Virus record (IMG/VR): IMGVR_UViG_3300007344_000002
Origin: an uncultured virus (IMG/VR IMGVR_UViG_3300007344_000002)
Taxonomy: Duplodnaviria > Heunggongvirae > Uroviricota > Caudoviricetes
Strand: one strand, 5' to 3'
DNA: 64,000 nucleotides
Shown: one piece after another, positions 29,302 to 38,401 of the stretch
Numbering within the stretch: the stretch's first letter is position 1
How the letters are laid out: the number at the start of each line of letters is the position of its first letter
The notes under the pieces: generated by a model
The model's input: the letters and a program-made list of their open reading frames with translations, nothing else
The model's database searches: none
Told to the model about the DNA's origin: nothing
Program-made: the position numbers and the translations under genes

Positions 29302-29508
29302 TCAAAGAGAGCCTCCGACGATAGCGGGGGTTAGGTCAACAGATTGAACAGTGTCCCAATTGATACTGTTAATTCCTTCTCGGCTAACCATTTCTCCATT
29401 GACAAAGACCCAATGCGTAGGGTGATTGTCAATCTGTTCAATGACTTCCGAAAAAGCCATCTCAACTTGTGTGTGTCCTGTTTCATTTAAAATTCGTAGT
29501 GTAATCAT
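29302..29508 (-). CDS. Ubiquitin-like beta-grasp protein (ThiS/MoaD/SAMP-like) with a GG-SL C-terminus
   Basis: 68 aa, VFVNGE and VDLTPAIVGG followed by SL. GGTGA RBS. Confidence 0.8.
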   Translation of the reverse strand: MITLRILNETGHTQVEMAFSEVIEQIDNHPTHWVFVNGEMVSREGINSINWDTVQSVDLTPAIVGGSL

Positions 29509-29520
29509 AATATCACCTTC

Positions 29521-30591
29521 TTATTTCTCCCATGTCCTACCACTATTTAAGCGGTCACTTTCCCTTGCTTGTTTGCCTTGCTCTAGAGCAATAGCCCGTC
29601 CTAGTTGTAGTTTGGAGAATCTTTCTATGTCGCTGTTCTCCATGTTCAACTCTTGCGCCTTTTCGATTTGCTCCTGTGAAGGAGATTCAATAAAACGCTT
29701 GATAGTAATAATGTCATTTGCAGTCAATGACATAAAAGAAGAGTTTCTATGTGCCATCACATAATTTTGATGCAACTTCCTAATGAAATCTTTTTCGGAT
29801 GGAGTTAGGAATTCCCAATTTTGTAAATATCCTTTATTAGAAAAACCATACCATTCTAACATTTCGCTAGTAGTCCACTTAGTTCTTTTATCTTCTAGTG
29901 ACTTCCTATAGTCAGCATATTCTTCTTCTGTAAAAGAGCGGCCATTGATAGTCGCTCCTCCAACAAATCTGTAAAAGTAATCTAGGTCGGCTAATAATGA
30001 CTTGTTAGGATAACCCCTTCCGTTTATCTGCGCTCTACGATTATTGGGATGGTTCCATCTCCATACAATAGAAGCCATACCTTCACTATTGGCCCTCTTT
30101 CGTAATTTAGAACCTTTCCAATTATTAGTCACATTCAGCCTTAAGTCCAATTCTCGTACTGCTGTGAACTTCTCAACAAAGTCCTCACCGTGTTTAGACC
30201 ACCATGCTTCATTCTTCATTCCCTCAATACGAACAGAAATCCATTCTTCAATCATAGCGTCTGTAATAAGTTCTCTATCAATTCCCGTACTCTTTTCAAT
30301 CTCTTTCAAGATAAGATATGAGTTGATGTGGTCGGAACCAACAGCCATAGTAAGTCCAGTGATAGTATTGCGAATAGCGAAATGATAAACAATGCTGTGA
30401 CCACAAAGACAGTAGCCATAATCTCTAACCCATTCGGGTATTTCAGTATCATCTTCACCATTCCACCACCAACACTCACCAGTGGCCTCCCACTCTAGTT
30501 TAGCATCATCGTAGTTATCAGCCTCGGATAAGAAAGTAAGTTCTCTCTTTAGTGTTTGGTCCCATCGACCATTACCTAGTTCTCTCTTGAA
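29521..30591 (-). CDS. Hypothetical protein with a CxCGH...GSDH metal-binding motif
   Basis: YCLCGHSI...VGSDHI. Start approximate. Confidence 0.5.
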   Translation of the reverse strand, partial: FKRELGNGRWDQTLKRELTFLSEADNYDDAKLEWEATGECWWWNGEDDTEIPEWVRDYGYCLCGHSIVYHFAIRNTITGLTMAVGSDHINSYLILKEIEKSTGIDRELITDAMIEEWISVRIEGMKNEAWWSKHGEDFVEKFTAVRELDLRLNVTNNWKGSKLRKRANSEGMASIVWRWNHPNNRRAQINGRGYPNKSLLADLDYFYRFVGGATINGRSFTEEEYADYRKSLEDKRTKWTTSEMLEWYGFSNKGYLQNWEFLTPSEKDFIRKLHQNYVMAHRNSSFMSLTANDIITIKRFIESPSQEQIEKAQELNMENSDIERFSKLQLGRAIALEQGKQARESDRLNSGRTWEK

Positions 30592-30593
30592 CT

Positions 30594-31795
30594 TCAAGCC
30601 CATTCCTCCGTATCCATCTTTTCATTCTGTCGTTGTTCCAATAAGAATCCAGTAAGAATCTCGTCCATTTTGTCTTGTAGGTTATCAATAATACCTGCAA
30701 TAACTCGACGGTTAAGACTAATCCAAATCCTATGGTGGGTATTCAATACCACCTTTGGTTCATCGTTCTCATTCATGCTAATTACCATAGGCGGCATGTG
30801 TTCATTATCAATCAATTTAAATTCTACTTGTGTTTTATTCATTTTTATTCCTCTTTATTTTTGCTTTTTCTTTTGTATGTTTATTTCCATCGGCAGAGAA
30901 GAAGTAGGTTTTCTTGTAGTAGGTTTTCCATCCATAGCGGTTAATCCTACTTTCTTTGACGCACTGCGCCACTCTTCTGTAAGTATCTTTTCCACCCTTC
31001 CTAGCGAATTGACGGACTTCTCCTCGGTATCCTATTCTCTCTCTACCTAGTCTCCGATAGTGGTGTATAATAATGTCATAGAATTCTGTCTTATCATATT
31101 CCTTGTTTTCGTCTAAAGAATCGAAGGTCAATTCAATACTTTCCTTCATCAAAGGCCAATTGATTCTCCTTACTGCTCCCCTTCCCATAGTCATTCTTCC
31201 TGTGTTGAGAAGGGAGGATAGAGTATAGTCAAACCGACCATAGCACCATTTTCATCATATTCGGGTTCCGAATAGTTATCCAATAAGAATTCGTAGGCTT
31301 CTTCAGTAATTCCGTAGTCAGTGCCAGCAGGACCGCCAATGTTGATTGTGTATAGTTCAAAGCCCAAATGCTTGCATTTAATCTTCAAAGCAATCATTCC
31401 TGCTCTAACTGAATTCTTCGCCGGTAGTGGGTCTAATCCACAATGTCCGTTAGCAATCAAAGCATCTACTAGCATTTGTCTACTTACAGATTGGCGGTTC
31501 ACTAGTTCGTTTAACAGTATTCGTTGTTCAATTTGTGGTATGTTCATATTCATTCCCCGATAGTATCACATTCAATTTCCATAGTGATTGTTCTTCCATC
31601 ACTGCGGCCTTCGATAACTTCTGCCCATTCTCCACAATCGCACCAAACAGAATAACTTGCTAGGATAATGCCTTTCATTTTCAATTGAGTTTCATGATAA
31701 TCTACTTTTGCTAAAAGTGACAAGTGTTCGCCACAATCGCAAAAAGCACCATTTCCAATTACTCTTTTTGCTTCGTTCGTTATTTTATTTTTCAT
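30594..31795 (-). CDS. Four small early-type ORFs (30842-30594, 31194-30835, 31553-31191, 31795-31550)
   Basis: Translationally coupled. The last has two CDCG motifs, and two look HTH-like. Confidence 0.5.
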
Positions 31796-31867
31796 ATTTA
31801 TTCCTCATTATCGGGCATTGCACCCTCTCGGTAGTCATTGATAGCACTACTACACTATTTGAATGAG

Positions 31868-31942
31868 TGGAACAAACAGGATTTGAACCTGTGGTCACTC
31901 GGTTATGAGCCGAGAGCATTAACCAAACTATGCTATTGTTCC
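31868..31942 (-). tRNA. tRNA with CAT anticodon (Ile2 or elongator Met)
   Basis: GGAACAA/TTGTTCC acceptor, CTCGG-CTCATAA-CCGAG anticodon arm, ACAGG-TTCAAAT-CCTGT T arm. Confidence 0.9.
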
Positions 31943-31947
31943 GTAGG

Positions 31948-32030
31948 TGTCGAAGGCAGGATTTGAACCTGCGAACCATTTAGGACAGGAGTTTAAGCCC
32001 TGCGTGTTTGACCTACTCCACCACTTCGAC
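31948..32030 (-). tRNA. tRNA-Leu(TAA)
   Basis: GTCGAAG/CTTCGAC acceptor, CAGGG-CTTAAAC-TCCTG anticodon arm, long variable arm, TTCAAAT T loop. Confidence 0.9.
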
Positions 32031-32032
32031 AT

Positions 32033-32107
32033 TGGCGAGCGCAACAGGAATCGAACCCGTATCACCGGCTTAGAAGGCCGGTATGCTATCCATTACACCA
32101 TGCGCTC
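32033..32107 (-). tRNA. tRNA-Arg(TCT) with encoded CCA
   Basis: GAGCGCA/TGCGCTC acceptor, CCGGC-CTTCTAA-GCCGG anticodon arm, TTCGATT T loop, GCCA end. Confidence 0.92.
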
Positions 32108-32342
32108 ATTTGTCAATTTCCATACATTGACAGAATAACTGTACTGACTAAAATCAGCAGTCACTTTTTCGGTTCCAATCTTTTCAAATTGTTTGTGACT
32201 AGATAGTAGATTACCAATCTTGCTACCCCCCGAAGCCTCCTTCGGCCAGCGTGTTCGATACTCGTCTAGTATCTCTGCTGTGTTTTTGCTTCCATTTTTT
32301 AGTATTTTTTCTAATCTTTCGATAGTCCTCTTGTTTGCCATA
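32093..32342 (-). CDS. Winged-helix protein related to the 17.3-18.0 kb paralogs
   Basis: LKNGSKNTAEILD...IGNLL...FEKIG...VW. Confidence 0.55.
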
Positions 32343-32355
32343 GTGTCACCATGCT

Positions 32356-33552
32356 TCACATGATGCTCCAATTCAAAAGATATTCGGCGTTGCCATTAGC
32401 AACACTATATTCTAAGGCTCTAACGGATTCTTCTTCGTGGTGGTTCCTTTCCACTATAATAGAAGCAAGACAGAGACTTAGCCTCTCTTTAGAAAGTTTC
32501 TCGGCTAGTACATTAGCAATCTTAATTGCTAGTTCTTCTTTCAAACGCTCCTCCCACAATAAACAGTAGCAGGGTTCCTTATAGAGAACATCGTGGGTAT
32601 AACATTCTACGATTCGTTCTCCGGTTCCATTACATTCAGCACATTCGCTCATTCTTCCTCATCTCCAAATACATCAGCATAAGAGCCGTCTTCTGCATGT
32701 GCTTCACGCAATATACTTTCATAGTCTCGCATTCCAACTTGGTATGCAATTGGGTCCATTCTATACAATGCTAATGAAGAACTGCATTCAATACCGCACA
32801 CATCAATTGTGCCATGTATTTCATCAAGCATTTCATCGTAGTATTCTTTCATAATTACTTCATTCATTTTTATTCCTCGTTATTGGTTCGGGTATCCATT
32901 CCGGATTGTATAGTATATGAATATCTTCCATGCACCCGTAGCATAGTCGAGTTAGTATTTTCTGTTCAATCTCCTCCATATCTAGAGTTTGAAATTCAAT
33001 TAGCATATTGACGGAAGCACCAAGCCCACACTTGTTGCACTTTATTTTCCCGCCAATCCTTTCATCGCTAACAAAGAATGATTTAATCCAATTTATCATC
33101 GGAATCACTCAACTGTCCAGAAAAGAAAGTTTCGTAGGCATCAACTAATACCTTGGTATTGTTGTAGTTATGTGTAGAAGCAGTAATCATCCATTGATAA
33201 TATTCTTTGATTAGTCTAACCAAGTATTCGGGGTCTTTATTCCACTTTCTCTTATCTTTCATTCTTCTCGCCTCTTCCATCTAGCACGATAGTCTGCTGA
33301 TTGTCTGTGGGGGATTGTTCCATCTTGTATGTTAGACTTAGCGTAGTGTTTTTTCAATAGTGAACCTACTGCATGAACATTTCTTGGCATGTGGTTAGGG
33401 TGAATCATATTCTTAATTTCCATGAATAGTTCGCTGGCATACCATTCTTCTTTCTTATCGAAGCACTCATCCATAGCAGAAAGGGCATAGCAATTCTTAC
33501 CTCTAAACTGGCTTCGGTTTCTTCTGTGTGTCACTGTAGTATATCTAGCCAT
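32356..33552 (-). CDS. Five small early-type ORFs (32652-32356, 32867-32649, 33108-32860, 33262-33083, 33552-33259)
   Basis: Coupled ORFs; two contain CxxC pairs. Confidence 0.5.
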
Positions 33553-35026
33553 TTTGCACAACTCCTTCGGCTGGCTTAGGGCCAACATAGTAAAGATTCT
33601 TTTTAGCCCTTGTAATAGCAACATAGCAGATGTTCATTTCTTCACGCATGTTAATTGCCCTTGGGTGTGGCATTCTTTCAGTAGCAAGAATATACACATT
33701 GTCTGCTTCTAGTCCCTTTGCCTTGTGAACAGTAGAGAGCATAATATCTCCCTTACCGTCTTTGTAAGGAAAGACCCTTTCGATTTCAGCAATGAGTTCT
33801 CTTACAGTATTCGTCCTATAAACGAATAGACAAATACATTCGTGTCGGTCTTCAAGAGTATTAAGTTGTGCTAACTTCTCTTGTTCCATCAACTTGTTTC
33901 GTTGTCTTTCGTATTCTTCGTCTAACTTTTCAGCAAACATTTGAGTTGTCATGTTCATGTCCTTTGTGATTTTCTTCACACTTTGAACAAGTCCCTTCCC
34001 TAAGTCACGACCTAGAATATAGGCCGATTTGCCCTTACCAATCAATCGGTAGAAAGCACCGACAAGGGGAGCATTGTACCGGCATAGCACCATATCACCC
34101 TTGACAGGTTCAAAGTCAGCATGGGTCATTACATTGCCTTTCTTAGCCCCCTCTACAGCATGGAAGTCTACAACAAATCGGTTGGCTTCTTCGACCACAC
34201 TAGTTGGACAACGCCATGTTAAAGAAAGGGGATACTTACTTACTGTACGGCCCAGTTGTTTTAGACTGTTTTCAAACAAAGACATAGAAGAAGAGTCTGC
34301 TCCTCGGAATCCGTAAATTGCTTGATTTGGGTCGCCAACAATAACGCATCGAGCGTTTTCATCTAGGCATTTTAGTATGAGCATTCGTTGGACTTGATTG
34401 AAGTCTTGTGCTTCGTCTACAAAGACAACATCATATTTCTTCAATGGAAGATTCAATGTAATTGGTAGCCAAATCATATCATCGAAATCAATGACATTGG
34501 AAGACTTAATCTTCTGCATAATCATTGGTAGATTCTTCAAAGCCATCACCTCATCACTGTCTGTATTAAATTGAATGTGGTGAACATCAATCAATCGCTT
34601 AATTGATTTCCTATCAGTGGCTTCTACTAGCCCACCCTTCATCAAACTAATTAGTTTAACTAACGGTAAAGCGTAGTAGTTCTCTCCAATCACTTCACGG
34701 ATAATATTGGAACTCTTCCACTTATCCATCTTACGGTATCCTAGATTCTCACGAATTGCAGAATTACCCATAGAGTGAAAGGTAGCAGTATAAACATTGT
34801 CTGGCAATCTCTTACCTAGTTCAGTAGCAATGGATTTATTGAAGGCAAAGAACGCCATATTACCGGACATTCGATTTGCACCTTCTACGATTGTGAAAGT
34901 CTTACCAGTGCCAGCACCAGCGTCAACCATAATGTCTCCACTACCGTTTTGCATTTCATCCCAAATTGCTTCTTGTTGAGCAGTTCCTTGAATCAAGAAA
35001 CCATCCCCAATGTTTTGTAGACCCAT
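33545..35026 (-). CDS. UvrD/Rep-like superfamily 1 helicase
   Basis: AGAGTGKT, FNKS, TFHS, VDEAQD, VGDPNQAIYGFRGA, STVHKAKGLE, YVAITRAKK. Confidence 0.93.
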   Translation of the reverse strand: MGLQNIGDGFLIQGTAQQEAIWDEMQNGSGDIMVDAGAGTGKTFTIVEGANRMSGNMAFFAFNKSIATELGKRLPDNVYTATFHSMGNSAIRENLGYRKMDKWKSSNIIREVIGENYYALPLVKLISLMKGGLVEATDRKSIKRLIDVHHIQFNTDSDEVMALKNLPMIMQKIKSSNVIDFDDMIWLPITLNLPLKKYDVVFVDEAQDFNQVQRMLILKCLDENARCVIVGDPNQAIYGFRGADSSSMSLFENSLKQLGRTVSKYPLSLTWRCPTSVVEEANRFVVDFHAVEGAKKGNVMTHADFEPVKGDMVLCRYNAPLVGAFYRLIGKGKSAYILGRDLGKGLVQSVKKITKDMNMTTQMFAEKLDEEYERQRNKLMEQEKLAQLNTLEDRHECICLFVYRTNTVRELIAEIERVFPYKDGKGDIMLSTVHKAKGLEADNVYILATERMPHPRAINMREEMNICYVAITRAKKNLYYVGPKPAEGVVQNG

Positions 35027-35184
35027 GCTCTAGCCGCATAAATGTCTTCACTAGTAAAGGGTCGGTATGCGTACATTTCCCACTCAAAGTTGACCACTTC
35101 GAGAAGATAAGGAGTTTCACGGTTCATTCCTTCTTCGATGATTAGGCTTGCGAGAGTTTTGATATGCTTAGTGACTCTCTTCAT
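34993..35184 (-). CDS. Hypothetical protein
   Basis: 63-aa ORF with a GGTGAGG RBS. Confidence 0.45.
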   Translation of the reverse strand: MKRVTKHIKTLASLIIEEGMNRETPYLLEVVNFEWEMYAYRPFTSEDIYAARAWVYKTLGMVS

Positions 35185-35373
35185 TCTTCCTCACCTTTCC
35201 AGTACCAAGTCTGTTCTCCAAGTTCATCCATTGTCATTCCCAATTGCTCGGCAATGACATTCATTGGTACACACATGTACCAACCAATGTCTTTACTCAT
35301 TCCGTTATATCCTTTGTAGTGCTTTCTCATAAATTCAATTATTTTCATTTGTATTCCTCATTTATATTTTGTG

Positions 35374-35450
35374 TGGCGAGGCCCTTGCGAGTAATGATTG
35401 AAGAATCAATCGTTGTCGTTAGGCCCCCTACTCAAGCAGAAGGCCCCGCC
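35374..35450 (-). ncRNA. Candidate small structured RNA or leader
   Basis: On -, GGCGGGGCCTT...AAGGGCCTCGCC(A) closing stem with inner GAGTA/TACTC pairing. TTTAAATA box upstream. Confidence 0.35.
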
Positions 35451-35579
35451 GGTTATCTCATCGAGATGCTCTAACACCTGTGATTTATTTAAAAGGGGCC
35501 GTCAAACAGTCCTATGTGACTTTGTTTATATTTGAAAATACTAAAATGAAATTAGTGTTTTGAAAATAGCATTTCACAC

Positions 35580-35990
35580 ATAGCATTCGACCCTTCAAAT
35601 CCGTCAACAGCATTCGACCTCCTCGAAATCCCATTATTCTAATTCTAATTTTCGTTTCCAAATCCCAAACGCTATACTGCGCCCAAGTTTCCAACTTTCT
35701 AAGTTTCTAACCCCTAGATACTTATAGAGAGTGTGATAGATAGATTCACACTCTCATAGATAGAATAGATATTAGAATAATTAGAATATTAGAATAATGT
35801 ATAAAAACAGGGTTTTTAACCCTTTCAGGCCACTTTTCGATTCTAATTCAAGTTGGAATCACGCTGGAAAGTTCAAACTTATCATCTATAGTATATGTAA
35901 TATAAGGCCAATTGAAGTACTCTAGTATTAAATCAATAATTACTTTACTAGTGTTATCACTACCTAAAAAATAGGGTTGAGGCGTGTTTA
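35580..35990. other. AT-rich non-coding tract with inverted and direct repeats (origin- or terminus-like)
   Basis: GAGAGTGTGA/TCACACTCTC inverted repeat at 35727-35755, ATTAGAATA repeats, two copies of AGCATTCGACC. Sits at the strand switch. Confidence 0.4.
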
Positions 35991-36086
35991 AATTAGGTCG
36001 TGTGCTTTGTTAGAGGCCCTATAACCGAAATGGAGCCGTTAAAGCAGTCGAGGAGTAGAGCAACCGACCAAAGGAAGTGAAAAAAC

Positions 36087-36596
36087 ATGCCAAAAACAGC
36101 AACAGACACAGAGAAGAAACAGTGGGACGCACAAGCGGAAATTAACCGCTTCGCACCACTTGAAGAAGCCATTGAGAGTCCATCGGAAGATTGGACTTCT
36201 CTAACAGAACGAGCACAAGGACAAATCACCGACGCCCTTGAAGGACTCAAAGACGACACACAACAAGACGCTTACCGTAAGGCCGATGCGTCCCACTTGA
36301 AGTCTCTCTTGAAGCGATACAACGCCGACCACTTGATGGTTCAGCGCATGCGCTCCAACGACCCCAACCGACAACACTACGACAACATGGTTGAATCCAA
36401 AGCAAAGCATTTCATTGCTACCGGCGAAGGTGCTACAAATTTCAACCCAATCCGCAAAACGAAGGGTGGCGATGCCCACCTTTCAATGACCGCCCTTGTC
36501 GATTTCGTGTGCGGCAAATGGATTGCCGACTACGACAAAAACACCGACTACAGCCCTGCTGAAGACGACAACGAGGAGGCCACTCAAGACGAGTGA
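36087..36596 (+). CDS. Cassette gene 1, hypothetical (169 aa)
   Basis: Own promoter-like element, RBS and hairpin. Visibly C-rich codon usage. Confidence 0.7.
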   Translation: MPKTATDTEKKQWDAQAEINRFAPLEEAIESPSEDWTSLTERAQGQITDALEGLKDDTQQDAYRKADASHLKSLLKRYNADHLMVQRMRSNDPNRQHYDNMVESKAKHFIATGEGATNFNPIRKTKGGDAHLSMTALVDFVCGKWIADYDKNTDYSPAEDDNEEATQDE

Positions 36597-36660
36597 GCCA
36601 CTCCGGAAGCCCGCCGCTCTACTCCTCGGCCCCCCTTGGGGGGTCGGGGTTTTACACCAC

Positions 36661-36713
36661 GAAAGAACAATTCACAACCATATGGTATTAACTTTGGAGA
36701 TACCCTTATGAAA
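36661..36713 (+). promoter_or_regulatory. Palindromic ACCATATGGT box + CTTTG + CCCT-TATA (copy B)
   Basis: 25 bp identical to copy C. Confidence 0.7.
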
Positions 36714-36734
36714 ATAATAGAGGTGCTAGGGTGT

Positions 36735-36893
36735 ATGACACGATACGACATAACAGCAATGAAGGCAATGACTAAGACTCTAGACGCTATCCTAGAAACA
36801 ATTTCAATAAATCCTATTCCTAAACGGATTGAGTTGGATGGGAGTAGTGGGGATGGTGGCCCCACTACCCCTCCTTCCCATGACCGAGCATGA
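36735..36893 (+). CDS. Possible short leaderless ORF of cassette 2
   Basis: ATG lies about 29 nt after the TATA box, and the ORF runs into a structured region. Confidence 0.3.
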   Translation: MTRYDITAMKAMTKTLDAILETISINPIPKRIELDGSSGDGGPTTPPSHDRA

Positions 36894-37178
36894 CAAGAAC
36901 ACCCCCATACGCTGATGTATGGGATTTCCTAGTAGTAGAACTACCACCCAAGAAAAGTACTACTGCTAAAACACTCCCTGCCGACAAGGTTTCTTAAAAA
37001 GACCCTAGGGCAGACCTTACAATGGATAGGGGGGGAATGGCGCAGACGAGCGTACGGACTGAAGTAAAAAGATACTGTTGACTGACACAATTCTAGACAT
37101 GATGTTTTTCAACCTAGCGAATAGACCTTAGTGCCTTGTATCCGAGTCGGCCTCCCCTCCTATCCCTCTAGGGTCTAG

Positions 37179-37225
37179 CAAAGTACAACCATATGGTATT
37201 AACTTTGGAAAGACCCTAATAAAAA
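37179..37225 (+). promoter_or_regulatory. Palindrome-TATA element (copy C)
   Basis: CAAAGTACAACCATATGGTATTAACTTTG...CCCTAATAAAAA. Confidence 0.7.
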
Positions 37226-37273
37226 TAAGGTGGGGGTTTAGGTGTCGCTCAAGACCTTAATGGAGATGATATT

Positions 37274-37774
37274 ATGACCAAAGCAGAAGAAAACGAAAAC
37301 AAACTAAACCGGTTGTCTACGCACTTAGAACACAACCCTAACCCCGACGCAAAGATACAGAACCGATTGATTAACGCAATTGAAGACGCTGTTGACACAG
37401 AAGCAACTGACAAAGAACTCACGATGTACTACACCTATGCACGAAAACAAGCGAAGCGATTTGGCTATGGACAATATCTTTCACAAGGTTCCATTCCTAC
37501 AGTTCCCGATGAACTAGTGGACGCATATCAATTCATTGATACTGCGGTGGCCATGATTGTTCCCGAAGACCCAACTCATCCAATCTACGATGTACTACGA
37601 CGAAAGAAAAACAAGGAAGGCATTATTGCTTACACTCCCGAAACTCTACGAAAGACTTTGAGTAGCCAATCCAAGCGATGGCATCTCGAAGCCTACAACA
37701 AAGGCTCTTGGGACGGTAGTATTGTAGGTATGCAAGCCTACAGAACAGGTACTACTCTACAGGAGGATGCCTGA
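37274..37774 (+). CDS. Cassette gene 3, hypothetical (166 aa)
   Basis: GGAGATGA RBS; flanked by 14-bp inverted repeats. Confidence 0.7.
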   Translation: MTKAEENENKLNRLSTHLEHNPNPDAKIQNRLINAIEDAVDTEATDKELTMYYTYARKQAKRFGYGQYLSQGSIPTVPDELVDAYQFIDTAVAMIVPEDPTHPIYDVLRRKKNKEGIIAYTPETLRKTLSSQSKRWHLEAYNKGSWDGSIVGMQAYRTGTTLQEDA

Positions 37775-37817
37775 TTAGGCAAAATAAGGTCTTGAGCGGC
37801 CCCCTTATGGGGGTCTG

Positions 37818-37862
37818 CAAAGCATACCATATGGTTGTGTTCTTTGGAATAACCCTAATTAG
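37818..37862 (+). promoter_or_regulatory. Palindrome-TATA element (copy D)
   Basis: CAAAGCATACCATATGGTTGTGTTCTTTG...CCCTAATTA; 21 bp identical to copy F. Confidence 0.7.
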
Positions 37863-37882
37863 TGCAGTGTGGTGGTTTTGGT

Positions 37883-38266
37883 ATGCAAATACCAGCAGGA
37901 ATAACATGGCATGAAATTGAAGTAAAGGTTCCCAACCTTACCAGCGAAATCCCAACCGTATTGGGATGGATGAGAGATGTATTGAACCGAGTTGGTCCAG
38001 TTGGACCCGCTATGATGGGGCCTTACCAAGCATGGATTGAAATGGTTGAAGGAATGGATTTCACTCAAGAAGAATACGAGCAGAAAAGCCGCCGCCTTAT
38101 GGAAACTCACGCAATCGCAAGGAATGACACTTATGACATGGCTACCCGAACCGTCACCCTCAATGAGTATGGTTTTGATGATGGTAAAGACTACACCGTG
38201 TCAAGGAAGGAATCGGACATTAGAATGTTGCTTTACATGTACCACAACAGGCTAAAAGACCTTTGA
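37883..38266 (+). CDS. Cassette gene 4, hypothetical (leaderless)
   Basis: ATG about 28 nt after the TATA box; followed by a GC hairpin at about 38284-38319. Confidence 0.6.
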   Translation: MQIPAGITWHEIEVKVPNLTSEIPTVLGWMRDVLNRVGPVGPAMMGPYQAWIEMVEGMDFTQEEYEQKSRRLMETHAIARNDTYDMATRTVTLNEYGFDDGKDYTVSRKESDIRMLLYMYHNRLKDL

Positions 38267-38331
38267 AATCCCCGCTTATGACCCCCACTCTATCGGTTCC
38301 TATCCCCGATAGGGTGGGGCGAGGCACACCA

Positions 38332-38385
38332 CAAAAGAACACCGCCATATGGTTGTGACTTTGCTCTACAACCCTTATAAAAAAA
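38332..38385 (+). promoter_or_regulatory. Palindrome-TATA element (copy E)
   Basis: GCCATATGGTTGTGACTTTG...CCCTTATAAAAAAA. Confidence 0.7.
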
Positions 38386-38401
38386 GAGCAGGGCCTAGGT
38401 T

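Noticed and set aside
36900..37070. Hammerhead ribozyme in the structured region
   Set aside because: CTGATGT and CTGAAGT do not match the CUGANGA core with a properly placed GAAA.
36047..37816. Inverted repeats as retron a1/a2 arms or transposon/MITE ends
   Set aside because: No reverse transcriptase or transposase in the window, no target-site duplications seen, and the arm sequences differ between units.
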